From the IMG/VR virus record IMGVR_UViG_3300030104_004354: 64,000 nt of DNA; one strand, given 5' to 3'. A program made the translations under genes and the position numbers. Every line of letters begins with the position of its first letter. Position 1 is the stretch's first letter. This stretch comes from an uncultured virus (IMG/VR IMGVR_UViG_3300030104_004354). Its lineage: Duplodnaviria > Heunggongvirae > Uroviricota > Caudoviricetes. This document shows positions 45,716 to 56,236 of the stretch, one piece after another. The notes under the pieces are model-generated. The model did not search any database and was not told the DNA's origin. It saw nothing but the letters and a program-made list of their open reading frames with translations.

Positions 45716-48334
45716 TTAACTTAGATCTATGTTCTTAAAGAATTTTTGAGTTGCGTTATAATTATTTAGGACTTCACCATCTTTAAGTGGTTTTGAATAA
45801 AATCTTGTACATCCTAAATAACCTCGCAAACCACTAATTTTACCGTTATACTCACCGCCCATAAAATTACCTTCAGGATTACCATCGGTATATCCACCGC
45901 CTAAAATCCAAGGAGTGAAGAAAGTATCAAGAGACGGTCCTGCTTTGGATTCTTCTGTAGAGTTTGCATCCACACTTGATGCATCGTATCTGAAGGAGTT
46001 GTTCTGGAACACTGAGGGTGCTTTAAACACCTCTTCAGGTTTGCTGGTGCCAAAGACAGTTTGATAACTAGATGTTGAGATGTTTACGCCATCGAGATAA
46101 ACTTTAACTAAATCCTCAGTTGGATCTACTGTAAGAGAAAGGTGACAAAATTCACTTTGACAGCTAGATAATGATTTACCATTTATGGTTTGGAAAACGG
46201 GAACTTTCATGCCTCGCCAGCCAGTCCTGTTACAATTAGTTTCTCTATCTGCAATGAATCCTGCACTTGACGAGTCATAGGATTGCGTGGGAGCCAGAAC
46301 CAATTGAAGGCTAGATGTGGCATTGTCATTCGAGGCGTTACTTGGAATTTTATTTTCAGTAAATCTTCTATCTCGTGTAAACCCGTATACTATACCCTTT
46401 GTGGTTCCTGTGCCCGTATCCCTGTCCAAATTGTTAATATCCGCTTGAGGATTCTTGGACTCACTTAAACCAGTGTTTTCATTAGCAAGAATTAGTCTGT
46501 ATAGAGCAGATGTTGAAGAATTGCCAACCTGATACCCGTCTGAAATACTACTCAAACTAGGTGCATGAATCCACGTTTCAAATGACGCTCCTTTTTTATT
46601 GTAGAAGAGGTCTTGAAGCTCTATTACTTCAGGTAACTTTACGTAACTACCTGTGGCAGATATAATAGCGTTGTTACTTGTGCTTAGTTTGCATATACCC
46701 TCAAGGTTAGCAATACCTAAACCTTTATTAAATATTTGAGGCGCAAAACCAACTAATTGACCGTTATGAGAATTGCCAAACTCACTGCTGTTATGAAGTT
46801 TAAAATCAATTCCCGAGGTTTCACTTGTTTCAGCGGTTAGGTAATTGTATAATGAAATAAGACTGTCTTCAACTATCCTAGTATTTACCTGAAGGCTAGG
46901 GGCCGATGAGGCCGGTGCATCATCAACAATTTCACCCTTAGCTACATTCGCCAACAGAATGTGATCTAGGAACACCGTGTCATTTGTTTCTATTTTCTCA
47001 GTAAACTTAATCTCAAGCGGCAGAACTACACCAGTAACATCCGCTTGATCGAGAACGATGCTTCTTTGATTTTCAATATCAACTAAGAAATTAGAACCCG
47101 CTAGATATGAAAAATCATTAACAGGAACTTTCCCAGGCATAAATAACGGTCCCTTCCCTAAAAAGGCAGGCACTTTTACCGCTAACTCAATTTGCTTCTT
47201 TCTCTTGTTTATCTTTTGTTGGTACTGAGCAGTTTCAGAAAACAGGACTTGTCGCGTGTTGTCAATAACAGCTATAGAAGAACCAGCGGTGATTAACTCC
47301 TGTAACTCAGCAGAAACATCAAATACCTTTCTGTCTTTCTGTCCTTCGAGACTTAACAAAAGCTCATCTTGATTATAAAATTTTGTTAAAGACTGCGAAT
47401 CATCAATTATATCTGGATCTAATATGGTGTCGAAATAATATCTAAGATCCTTGGATGTAGTTGGTATGCCTCTGCCTCCAATGCTAGGATCAAATTCAAG
47501 TCTCCATAATTCTCCGTTAGGAAACCCTCCTTTATTAAATCTTAAATCTTCATCTCTTTCAGAAAGTTCAAGTAAAGCAGGTTCAATGCCGCTAACTTGA
47601 GAATCATAGTATAAACCATCAACCGAAAGAACAAACTTACCAGACCTTGATTTAGGCGGTCCCGCCTCAAGTCTAAACACAGATTCAACAGGGGACTCTG
47701 TCTCTCCAGGTTCAAGAGAAGGATCTAGAGTTCTATTAAGTATGATATTATCAATTACCGCTATTTGATTATCTGCTCGATTTACAAAGTTCTGAGCTTG
47801 CTCTTGTTGCTGTAGAGCAACTCCAAACCTAGCATTAACAATTCTAGCAAGACCGGCAGGCTCTAAGTTTGCCAGTTCTTCTCGACGCTGGGATGCTTCC
47901 CCATTTTTAAAGTCTAAGAACTCCTTGAATTTCTCCATGCAATTCTTAGCGGCTTCGAAACGTCTCCCTAGTTCATCGGCAGCCGCTGCTGCGGCCTGAG
48001 CGAATCCAATAAATGTCCCTAGGGCACCTGTAATACCGCCCAAAACATCTAATCCAAACCTAGACGAATCGGAGAAAAAACCAAAAAAGCCGTCTCGGTC
48101 TGGGAAAAGTGATATCCCTAAAGCATCTCTGATTTCTGAGTTTATTCTCTTTACAACAGCGTCACCTATGGCTCGACCCTTAGCTAAAGCATCACGATAT
48201 GCCAAGAGAATAGGAGTAGGTATTAAACCAAGAACATCGGAAGCTAATCCCAGCATGCAGCTAGGTACACCAAATTGTGCAGCTAGGTTGGAGGCACTAC
48301 CGCCGGACGATAGAAAAGTTTTTAAATCAAACAT
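45716..48334 (-). CDS. Virion protein with C-terminal LamG / concanavalin A-like domain
   Basis: SFETWIH, HLSLTVD...KVYLDG, GYLGCTRFYSKPL...EVLNNY. Confidence 0.7.
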   Translation of the reverse strand: MFDLKTFLSSGGSASNLAAQFGVPSCMLGLASDVLGLIPTPILLAYRDALAKGRAIGDAVVKRINSEIRDALGISLFPDRDGFFGFFSDSSRFGLDVLGGITGALGTFIGFAQAAAAAADELGRRFEAAKNCMEKFKEFLDFKNGEASQRREELANLEPAGLARIVNARFGVALQQQEQAQNFVNRADNQIAVIDNIILNRTLDPSLEPGETESPVESVFRLEAGPPKSRSGKFVLSVDGLYYDSQVSGIEPALLELSERDEDLRFNKGGFPNGELWRLEFDPSIGGRGIPTTSKDLRYYFDTILDPDIIDDSQSLTKFYNQDELLLSLEGQKDRKVFDVSAELQELITAGSSIAVIDNTRQVLFSETAQYQQKINKRKKQIELAVKVPAFLGKGPLFMPGKVPVNDFSYLAGSNFLVDIENQRSIVLDQADVTGVVLPLEIKFTEKIETNDTVFLDHILLANVAKGEIVDDAPASSAPSLQVNTRIVEDSLISLYNYLTAETSETSGIDFKLHNSSEFGNSHNGQLVGFAPQIFNKGLGIANLEGICKLSTSNNAIISATGSYVKLPEVIELQDLFYNKKGASFETWIHAPSLSSISDGYQVGNSSTSALYRLILANENTGLSESKNPQADINNLDRDTGTGTTKGIVYGFTRDRRFTENKIPSNASNDNATSSLQLVLAPTQSYDSSSAGFIADRETNCNRTGWRGMKVPVFQTINGKSLSSCQSEFCHLSLTVDPTEDLVKVYLDGVNISTSSYQTVFGTSKPEEVFKAPSVFQNNSFRYDASSVDANSTEESKAGPSLDTFFTPWILGGGYTDGNPEGNFMGGEYNGKISGLRGYLGCTRFYSKPLKDGEVLNNYNATQKFFKNIDLS

Positions 48335-49458
48335 TAGACCGGAGCACCTCCAAAGCCTATCCCAAGCGGATCACTGTAATCATTCGGAGTCAATGTAACA
48401 CCAGGAGGTGGGGTTCCAGCATTGCCTGGGACAGGTTTAGCTCTGTCATCTTTAGAGGGACTCGTAGGTAAGAAGGTTACCGGCACTCCATTTAAACTTA
48501 CTGTGGATCCATTTGCATTTACAGCGCCATTAGAGCCAATCTGGACACCAGTTCCTCCAAATATATTAACTCCCTGAGCGGCGTTTAAATTTATATTTGC
48601 GGCGCTCTCAAACTGTATGTTGTTAGCTGAAGATATCTTAACTGTGCCTAGACTGTCCACTTGAATCGTAGCTCCTTGAGTAATTATATTTACATTACTC
48701 GACTCTCCTAACGCTGCTAAATCAATATTTCTTTCAGAACTCTTTAATCTAATGTTACCAGACCATTTACCTCCAACACCTTCGATCCCAAAAGCGCCAG
48801 TTGAATTGTTTAATATATTGATGTCTCCACCGTCTTCAATTTTCATTGTTATGTCTGAAGAGGTGCATTTATATTTCTGACTAGACTCTGTCGTCAATGC
48901 AAAAGATTGAGCGGCGTGAAAATCATCGCCGTTGGTTCCCGCTAATACAATCGAGTCTCCTTGAGGATTTCTAACTTGAAAACCCAGTGGGCCTATATTA
49001 ATTTCGTCGCCGCTCTCAGCCTTTAATGTAACATTGTTACTTATGCTACCTTCTTGGTAATCCCTATGCACAAGCAGCCCAGCGCCTACTTGATTTGTGA
49101 AAGCTATAGTGGCTGGTTTAGAATCCTCATTATAGAGATTGGCTTTCGAATCGTTGCTTCGGAGAGGTACGTAATCTGGATTTGGCGTTTCATCCGCTTT
49201 GAATGTTTTGCTGGTTACGATTGTTGAAATGTAATAAAACTTTTTCTCCCCAGGAGTTGAATTTTCATTCCAAAAAACTAAAATTTGATCCTCATCCTCA
49301 GGAATTGCAACCATACCTCCGCCATTTACTCTAAAAAATGGCGAGGTATAAGTTACTAATTGTTCCTGATTATCAAATAAATCAGTGAACTTAACTCTTA
49401 ATACGCCCTCTCGCATGAAGTCGATATTAGATTTAACTGTTCCTACTAGTGCTTTCAT
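48334..49458 (-). CDS. Baseplate central spike (gp5/VgrG/gpV-like)
   Basis: N-terminal OB fold (GVLRV...GMVAIPE...ILVFW) followed by beta-repeats. Confidence 0.7.
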   Translation of the reverse strand: MKALVGTVKSNIDFMREGVLRVKFTDLFDNQEQLVTYTSPFFRVNGGGMVAIPEDEDQILVFWNENSTPGEKKFYYISTIVTSKTFKADETPNPDYVPLRSNDSKANLYNEDSKPATIAFTNQVGAGLLVHRDYQEGSISNNVTLKAESGDEINIGPLGFQVRNPQGDSIVLAGTNGDDFHAAQSFALTTESSQKYKCTSSDITMKIEDGGDINILNNSTGAFGIEGVGGKWSGNIRLKSSERNIDLAALGESSNVNIITQGATIQVDSLGTVKISSANNIQFESAANINLNAAQGVNIFGGTGVQIGSNGAVNANGSTVSLNGVPVTFLPTSPSKDDRAKPVPGNAGTPPPGVTLTPNDYSDPLGIGFGGAPV

Positions 49459-52247
49459 TAGTTATCTCTCTTAAACGCCTCTCCCGCAAAGCTACCCTCA
49501 TAATCAAAGTAACCGCCTTCAATACCTTCAAAATAAGGATCACCATACTCATCTAATGGTGGTCCAATTTCTTTCGGTCCCGGAGTCTCTCCTTTAAAGG
49601 TATCAGTTACGTTTACTTTAACTTTTCCAGGTTTTTGAGCATCCAAATCTACCTTCAACTGAATGTCATCTTCTGCAATACCTAGAAGAGTAGCAAAGTT
49701 TATATTCATATCACTGCCGGGAACGCCAATCTCAGGATTGTATAGTTCAAACTCTGAGTAAGCCTCAGAAGAGTTTATAACGTGCTTGTAACTAAGAATA
49801 TTATAGTTGTTTGAGAATACAGCAGGTTCTGGTAATTTATCCCTTTCTCTATCTATTTTTGATCCAACAATCCTATTAGGGGCTCCAACTAAAAGACAAT
49901 CTCTATTAAGATAATCAATTGAATTAAAGAAGGGCAAAGTTTTTACAGTGGCTCGGGCGACATAAGAGTTAACTTTTCTAAGAATGTCTGCATCATATTT
50001 CATATTTTCCCCAGGCCTATTTTTTATTTTAAGATCTGCGAATCTTTTACCCTTAAGTCTGAAAAGTATAAGATCTAGAACATCCTTACCGTTGGCACGA
50101 AGAGTGGATTCTCCTCTTTGTTTTAAATATTTAATAGATTCTCTGTCTTTTTTTATGACTTCTAGAATGGCAACCGGACTGTCTGTTCCCGCCTTTTCAG
50201 CCTTTTCAGCTAAATAATCAATAATGTCTATTTTAAGTGAATTATCTAATATATCCTGATTTCCTTTCAGTCCTTGATCCAACAAAGCGTAAACTGATTC
50301 GTTAGCGATACTAAGTAGTTCTGCCTTGTAAGGACTATTATCAAAGCTTATATCTGTTACATTTGAATTTTTAAGATTATGCATAAATATAAGAGATTCT
50401 CCTGTTACAAGACTCTCAAATCCTTTGTAAGGTCCAAAGTCCACTGCCTCATTAAACGAAGATGTTCTCACTTTTCGTGGATGATATACTCTGGTTGCTT
50501 CTTTCCTGTAAGCCTCCCATCTAGATTTTAAGGACTTTGGAGATTTAGAATAGCTAAGAGCCGAACCTAGATCTGGCATTATTAGTTTACTGTATAGTAA
50601 TTGACGGACTAAGGAACGTTCACCAATAACAATAACTGGGGCTGTCTCATCCGCGATTAATCCATGTTTTTTTAAGAGAGTGGAAACCTTTATGTCGTTT
50701 TCTTCAAATATTATGGGATCAAAAGCTTTTTGTGTTTTTGTTTTTAACTTTCTGAAAAACGTGTAAAAAGGCCTCAATGGTTCCAAAATGTTGTTATCTA
50801 TATTGTCGATCACATATTCAACATAGAAACCCATGTTCACTTTACTACCATCAAAAGGTGAACCCAACTTGGCAGCGTTCATCCGGGCATCATGATTTGC
50901 GGGACTTGCTTTTTGAGATATTCTTTTAGTTAATTCTTCATTGAAGAAATTTTGTTCAGAAACTTGCTTTTTAGCTACAATGTCGATAGCTTCAAGTATC
51001 TGGTTCTTCCGTTTAATTAATTGATCTAGTTCAGTATCTATCTTATTAACCTCTTCATCTAAAAACTGTGATGCTCCTAAATTTGATCCAGGGCTAATAG
51101 CACCACTTATGATACCTTGTTCAATTTTTTTACGATCGGCACCTAGTTTAAGAATTTGATTGTCTATCTGTTTTATTCTAGGATCATTTTTCTTTAATAC
51201 TTCCTTAGTTTCTTTAAGAGCCTCATCGCTAGCTATTTTTATTCTTTTGTTTATCTCAGTGTCTAGATCCTCTTGTTCTTCCTCAATAATCTCCTTAAAA
51301 GGGTAAGCGGCATACATTCCATACTCTCCAAGAATTTCTTGATAGCGATTCATAAAATTTGCTTGAGGTAAAATGGAAAAAGATTCAAAGGCCTCACCCT
51401 TATCTAAATCTTGAGAGAATAAGACAAGTATATTTTGTTCAGGAATAGTAGTATACTTTTTAGAGAGGTAACGACGTATCAGTCTTCTCACAGCAAAATT
51501 AAACTTGTCACCATCATCATTAAGAGGTGCAAGTCTTTTACCCCCAAATTCAGGAGTCGAACCTGGACTCTTACTTCCAGGTAATCCTTCTAATTTAAAA
51601 GTAAGAGAAGAGTCTGCTTCAATAGTGGTAGTAGTAGCTTTAATTGTATCAAATACTGATCTACCTTGAGATAAATCCTCATCTATGAATTGAATATTAG
51701 AAAAAACTTTCAAGGAGTCTAAAGCGGGAGTGAAAAGCATTTCCAACTCTCTGACTCCGTCAGAGTTTATTCTAAGATTTACATCAATTAAATCGATGAC
51801 AAATGGCCCAGCCCACTCACTAACATCATCACCAATTCCATAAGCTAAATAGAATCTAGGTCTAATCTTTCTTACTATGTCTAAGGTCTCATCATCTAAT
51901 TTGCTAAGATTTCTTATTCTCTTCTTAAACCTACTAATAACAAGCTCCTCCTGAGCGTTTGTAGATATTAGAAAATTCTCAAGTACACGAGAGGTTTCTA
52001 ACATTCTAATTGTTATAAACCTTTTGCTGCTGGCTGGGAATTCATTTACCAGACTTATAAACCCATCATCGTTAAAAGGTGATACCACGAGAGTATCTGC
52101 CCTCTCTTCAGAATTTAAATCTGAGTATATTGATTTAAGCCTACGTCTATTAACTTGAGCACCCGTTATAGACTCTTGAAAAAAGAGTTTCTTAGCAACC
52201 TTGTGAGATTTGGTTAAAACCACATTGTAGGTAAAAGATTTGGACAT
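49458..52247 (-). CDS. Large baseplate hub-like protein
   Basis: 929 aa between gp53-like and spike genes. C-terminal YNILSYKHVI...YSEFEL resembles hub proteins. Confidence 0.5.
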   Translation of the reverse strand: MSKSFTYNVVLTKSHKVAKKLFFQESITGAQVNRRRLKSIYSDLNSEERADTLVVSPFNDDGFISLVNEFPASSKRFITIRMLETSRVLENFLISTNAQEELVISRFKKRIRNLSKLDDETLDIVRKIRPRFYLAYGIGDDVSEWAGPFVIDLIDVNLRINSDGVRELEMLFTPALDSLKVFSNIQFIDEDLSQGRSVFDTIKATTTTIEADSSLTFKLEGLPGSKSPGSTPEFGGKRLAPLNDDGDKFNFAVRRLIRRYLSKKYTTIPEQNILVLFSQDLDKGEAFESFSILPQANFMNRYQEILGEYGMYAAYPFKEIIEEEQEDLDTEINKRIKIASDEALKETKEVLKKNDPRIKQIDNQILKLGADRKKIEQGIISGAISPGSNLGASQFLDEEVNKIDTELDQLIKRKNQILEAIDIVAKKQVSEQNFFNEELTKRISQKASPANHDARMNAAKLGSPFDGSKVNMGFYVEYVIDNIDNNILEPLRPFYTFFRKLKTKTQKAFDPIIFEENDIKVSTLLKKHGLIADETAPVIVIGERSLVRQLLYSKLIMPDLGSALSYSKSPKSLKSRWEAYRKEATRVYHPRKVRTSSFNEAVDFGPYKGFESLVTGESLIFMHNLKNSNVTDISFDNSPYKAELLSIANESVYALLDQGLKGNQDILDNSLKIDIIDYLAEKAEKAGTDSPVAILEVIKKDRESIKYLKQRGESTLRANGKDVLDLILFRLKGKRFADLKIKNRPGENMKYDADILRKVNSYVARATVKTLPFFNSIDYLNRDCLLVGAPNRIVGSKIDRERDKLPEPAVFSNNYNILSYKHVINSSEAYSEFELYNPEIGVPGSDMNINFATLLGIAEDDIQLKVDLDAQKPGKVKVNVTDTFKGETPGPKEIGPPLDEYGDPYFEGIEGGYFDYEGSFAGEAFKRDN

Positions 52248-52248
52248 A

Positions 52249-52536
52249 TTACTTCAGTATTCTAATTCTATCGCCAACATTTAACTGCTGAAAAGGATCT
52301 GATATATTATTAGTCCAACAAACTAACCAATCAAGTTGAGGAGTGTCGTAAAATAAATCAGAAATTCTGTCTGCTCTGTGCTCAAATCCAGGAGGAATCG
52401 TCCCAACTCGATATGCACTTTCATCTAAAGACTTAATAAAATCTCTGAATTCTTTAGAGTTTAAGCTAGTGACAACTTTTTTATTCCTATGCTTACCCTC
52501 TTGATATCCTATCTTTAAATGATTATTATAGATCAT
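52249..52536 (-). CDS. Baseplate wedge LysM-like protein (T4 gp53 / P2 gpX-like)
   Basis: RADRISDLFY...WLVCWTNNISDPF...GDRIRI. Confidence 0.8.
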   Translation of the reverse strand: MIYNNHLKIGYQEGKHRNKKVVTSLNSKEFRDFIKSLDESAYRVGTIPPGFEHRADRISDLFYDTPQLDWLVCWTNNISDPFQQLNVGDRIRILK

Positions 52537-53612
52537 CGCGTAAGTTCACCTCCACTTATTAAGCCATTCTGAGGATCAAGATCATTGTTTCCTATGATAG
52601 ATTCCCAGCCAGTTAAGTTATCTCCGTTTTCAAGCTGAGTGGCTTGGTATCTTCCAAAGTTACCAGTTCTTGATTCAACTAAGGATAATGTGATTTCAAT
52701 TTTTCTAGGAGTGAGAGTTTGAACGTCATACCCAGCCTCATCTAAGATTCTAATACTGTAATTATCCACCAAGCATGGAATGTTATTATACATAGGCCCA
52801 TGAGTTAGTCTTAGTATGGGAGGACCATATAACGTATTAGAGGCATTATTTAGAATAGATCCTCGTATAAGGTTTACCCAGCAGTAAATTAAATCAATCG
52901 TATCATTCAGATCTTTAAAACCTTGAGACGCAGTTTCAATATCCAATGAGTCTAAAATTGGAGCAAGGAAACTCTCACTCTCTTCAACTTCTAACTGAGC
53001 CCCAGTAAGTTCACCTATTAATTTCCTGTAGTAATCTCTATGAGTAGAAGCGTATGCTCTACCTTTACCATTTATTTTTTGATCAGAGTTGCCTAGGAAG
53101 TCATCAGGAGCATTCATAATGTCCCGTTCTTCAAGAGTAAAAGTGTCTTTAGATAAGTCGGGCTCTAAAGCAAAAGTTCCATCCTCTAAGCGGCGGCCTT
53201 CTTCCGTAAGTTTTGCCTCATCACGTAGATTGAAAAGCTCTCTAGCATCTTCTCTCTCAGTAAAGAAAAGCTTGAATTGTCTTTTGAACTTATCAGTGAT
53301 GCCTTCAGTCATATTCATTTCAATGACATGTAGGAGGCTTATGTTAAACGTTAAATTTAATCTTCTAGCCTTAGCACCTGCATAAGAGAACAACTCGCCT
53401 GCTCTGCCTACCAAACTATAATTATTCAAGTTGGCGTTTCCACGCTCTGTTATTTGAGGGTTTTCCAGAATCGGAATGAAAGTTCTAATGACTCTATTAT
53501 TAGTTTGAGGAAACTCTAAAGCTATGTGAGATCTTTCGTGTAGAAGTCTATTCTTCTTATTGAGTTTGCCATCAAACCCCTTAGATAAATCTTTTAAAAA
53601 TTTAACCACCAT
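52533..53612 (-). CDS. Tail tube initiator / baseplate-tube cap protein
   Basis: YSLVGRAGELFSY...RRLNLTF and GPPILRLTHG...PCLV...TPRKIEITLSLVE. Follows the tape measure gene. Confidence 0.65.
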   Translation of the reverse strand: MVVKFLKDLSKGFDGKLNKKNRLLHERSHIALEFPQTNNRVIRTFIPILENPQITERGNANLNNYSLVGRAGELFSYAGAKARRLNLTFNISLLHVIEMNMTEGITDKFKRQFKLFFTEREDARELFNLRDEAKLTEEGRRLEDGTFALEPDLSKDTFTLEERDIMNAPDDFLGNSDQKINGKGRAYASTHRDYYRKLIGELTGAQLEVEESESFLAPILDSLDIETASQGFKDLNDTIDLIYCWVNLIRGSILNNASNTLYGPPILRLTHGPMYNNIPCLVDNYSIRILDEAGYDVQTLTPRKIEITLSLVESRTGNFGRYQATQLENGDNLTGWESIIGNNDLDPQNGLISGGELTR

Positions 53613-55328
53613 TTATTTAGGCTTACCTCCAGCCGTTGTTCTAGGGCCTTCTGAATTCTCAGCTATTCTCTTAGAATATGCGGCGATGTCTCTCATGTAG
53701 GAATTACCATCCTCATTCATTCCTTCGAATCCTGACCTGCTTCTAACATAGGAAACTAAGAAGTTTATCCTGTCAATATCCATGGAAGCCTGCTGATAGC
53801 TTTCTTGACGACGCTTTTCCTCTGCGATCTCAGCCTGTCTTTTTTCTGCTTCGGCAGACTTGGAGGTATTTTCTTTTATATCCATGAAGAGACCTATAGC
53901 AGCACCTCCCACTGCGCCAGCCACAGTTCCTACCCCTGGAATGGGAATCATACTTCCTATACCAGCGCCCATCCCTGCATAATTAAGAGTATTACTAATA
54001 TTATCAGCACCAGGAACCGTCGCCCCTATGAGTGATGCAGCGCCTAGACCTATACCAACTCCCCCTATCCCTCGAAGGGCTGTGCCTCTAAAGCCGCCTC
54101 TTGCAGCAAAAGTATTTTTTATCCCTTGGAGAGAGTATTTACCTGGACGTTGAAGAGGGCCTATAAAGTCTGGGCCAAGGCGACCGGGTTGTCTTGCGCG
54201 GCCCATGGGTAAGACCGAAGCACCACCGCCGCCCACTATTGCTCCCTTTGCTAACAATGCTAAAATATTTGTATTAATTGATCCAAGCATTCCGAGAGAG
54301 GCAACCGCCGTGTTATCATAAAAGTTTACGGCTCTCTCACGCATGTTTTCAATGTTGTTAAGCGTTTCGTCTTGTGTCTTTTTAACGTTATCTTGAACCT
54401 TAAAGTCTCTCTGTGAGATCTCGAAAAGATTAGCCAGTTGAGCCACTTGATTCTTGCTGACGCCGAGGAGGTTGGATACGATGTCCAGGCCAAAAGCGCC
54501 TCCACCAACTTGCGTCTGCAATTGATTAACTCTTGCAAGAATAGGAATAACATCCTGAAGGCCCGCAGTTCCTCCAGAGGTAAGTCTGTTACCAAGATTC
54601 GTTGCGCCTAAGATGGCTCGTGCCTGAACAGTCTCAAAACCACCAACTAGAATTCTGTTTAATGTGTTTAAAGCTCCCTGTATGTTAGTGCCGCCCGCTC
54701 GACCAGTTAATTGTGTGGCAACTGTTGCTAAGGACTCAACTGTATTGGATCCAAAGAAGGAAGCGACCTCCATGGATTCTCTAAGAGATTGCATGGTGTT
54801 TATCAACCTATCGTTGCTTACTCCATAATCATTGCTAACCTTTTCATTGACCTGGGCGAGATTATCAATTACCTTTATATTCTCGCCAGTAAAGAGAACC
54901 AAATCTGAGTTTAATCTGGACAGAGCTTGAACGTTTTGCCCTGTGGCGATCATTTCCTGAGTGAGATTCATTAAGCCTTCAGTCTGAAACCTCACACCTT
55001 GTCCAAAGTTGTCTATAATTGCACTCTGAAGTTTCTGATTCGATACCAAACCTCTAGAGAGAATATTAGTATTTTTAGATACTTCACGAGTGAGTTTTTC
55101 ATTAGTAACGCCAACCTTTAAGGCCTCTCTGTTAGTCCGATCCAACCTTTGGATAGAATCTTGAAATCTTGTTAGAGGATTAGCAAATCTCTCAAAACTT
55201 CGACCCACTGTCTTAAGTGACTGAATTAAGTTTCTTTGAAGTCGATTCTGAGATTCCATCAAGGTTATCTGAGTTCTTCTCAGAACATTTGCTTGATCGT
55301 CTTCAGGAGGTAAATTTGTATTGGTCAT
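53613..55328 (-). CDS. Tape measure protein
   Basis: 571 aa, helical, with a C-terminal Gly/Ala-rich hydrophobic region (GAGIGSMIPIPGVGTVAGAVGGAAIG). Canonical position. Confidence 0.75.
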   Translation of the reverse strand: MTNTNLPPEDDQANVLRRTQITLMESQNRLQRNLIQSLKTVGRSFERFANPLTRFQDSIQRLDRTNREALKVGVTNEKLTREVSKNTNILSRGLVSNQKLQSAIIDNFGQGVRFQTEGLMNLTQEMIATGQNVQALSRLNSDLVLFTGENIKVIDNLAQVNEKVSNDYGVSNDRLINTMQSLRESMEVASFFGSNTVESLATVATQLTGRAGGTNIQGALNTLNRILVGGFETVQARAILGATNLGNRLTSGGTAGLQDVIPILARVNQLQTQVGGGAFGLDIVSNLLGVSKNQVAQLANLFEISQRDFKVQDNVKKTQDETLNNIENMRERAVNFYDNTAVASLGMLGSINTNILALLAKGAIVGGGGASVLPMGRARQPGRLGPDFIGPLQRPGKYSLQGIKNTFAARGGFRGTALRGIGGVGIGLGAASLIGATVPGADNISNTLNYAGMGAGIGSMIPIPGVGTVAGAVGGAAIGLFMDIKENTSKSAEAEKRQAEIAEEKRRQESYQQASMDIDRINFLVSYVRSRSGFEGMNEDGNSYMRDIAAYSKRIAENSEGPRTTAGGKPK

Positions 55329-55711
55329 TTGATAGTAACCTTCAGGACATCTCTGATTTTAGAAACATTAAAAGTTCTAAAGTTTTGTTTTCCTAGAAAA
55401 GCACCGATAATCGCTGGGGAATTGTAGTTACAAGCGGACTCATTGTTATATAAGTTATTTACCATTAGAGAAAACATGGTGTCGGATAACGAATCTGCAA
55501 GGACGAGATTTAATAATGTGTTGTCCCTGGAGGAAAGAAATAATCCACTGGATGTTCTTTTTGAGGAAACCACTAAACCATACCTAAGAGAACCTGTATA
55601 AGTTATCTGAACTATATCTCCTGGACGGAGGCCTAAGTAAGAAGTTTCTGATACCTGTACCGAAAGATTTTCTAGCCTGTCTGAGAAAGATTTACTTATA
55701 GTCCTGTTCAT
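55325..55711 (-). CDS. Hypothetical protein (possibly DNA end protector gp2-like)
   Basis: First gene of the tail operon, with LRPGDIVQITY...FRTF. The functional call is weak. Confidence 0.45.
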   Translation of the reverse strand: MNRTISKSFSDRLENLSVQVSETSYLGLRPGDIVQITYTGSLRYGLVVSSKRTSSGLFLSSRDNTLLNLVLADSLSDTMFSLMVNNLYNNESACNYNSPAIIGAFLGKQNFRTFNVSKIRDVLKVTIK

Positions 55712-55735
55712 TGTAATATTTTGTAAAAACTACAA

Positions 55736-55742
55736 TATTTAG
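55736..55742 (-). promoter_or_regulatory. Late promoter candidate CTAAATA heading the tail/baseplate operon
   Basis: Intergenic, about 25 nt upstream of ATG 55711. Confidence 0.55.
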
Positions 55743-55784
55743 TGCTTTTTTCGAGGTCCATGCCTCTATAACTATTTATATAAT

Positions 55785-56075
55785 ATGAATACGTTAGAAG
55801 AGGATTTAGTTGAAACTATTGATTTACTGAACTTTACTTTCTCTAGTGACTTTGTAGATAAGTGGAGTTTTAAATATGGTAAAAGATTACCTAGCCTTTA
55901 TCAGCTTAGATTACTTAAATCATTAGATACTCGAAAGCCTCTTAAGCTCCAAACTGTCTATAAGTTTCTTGTCGTTGATTCAGGGTTTAATGAAGAAGTC
56001 ATAAAATCTTTCCTAGAGGATATTGACTACGAGATCTACTTTCCTATAATTAAAGGAAAGATTAAAGAGCTATGA
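55785..56075 (+). CDS. Hypothetical protein
   Basis: 96-aa ORF divergent from the tail operon. Confidence 0.65.
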   Translation: MNTLEEDLVETIDLLNFTFSSDFVDKWSFKYGKRLPSLYQLRLLKSLDTRKPLKLQTVYKFLVVDSGFNEEVIKSFLEDIDYEIYFPIIKGKIKEL

Positions 56076-56236
56076 CCTACAAGAAAGACCCTATTGTTGA
56101 TGCAATCTACCGCGCCAAGGTGATGGAGAAATATGGCGCTGATCCAGGATCTAACTGGGATGAAGTAAATCCTCTCACTTCGATTGGTTTATTTCTGGTT
56201 GGTATTTGGTTTATTTGGAGCGTATTGTCTTCTTAA
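56072..56236 (+). CDS. Small membrane protein (54 aa), absent from the ORF track
   Basis: ATGA overlap with the upstream stop. Sequence MTYKKDPIVDAIYRAKVMEKYGADPGSNWDEVNPLTSIGLFLVGIWFIWSVLSS has a C-terminal transmembrane helix. Confidence 0.65.
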   Translation: MTYKKDPIVDAIYRAKVMEKYGADPGSNWDEVNPLTSIGLFLVGIWFIWSVLSS

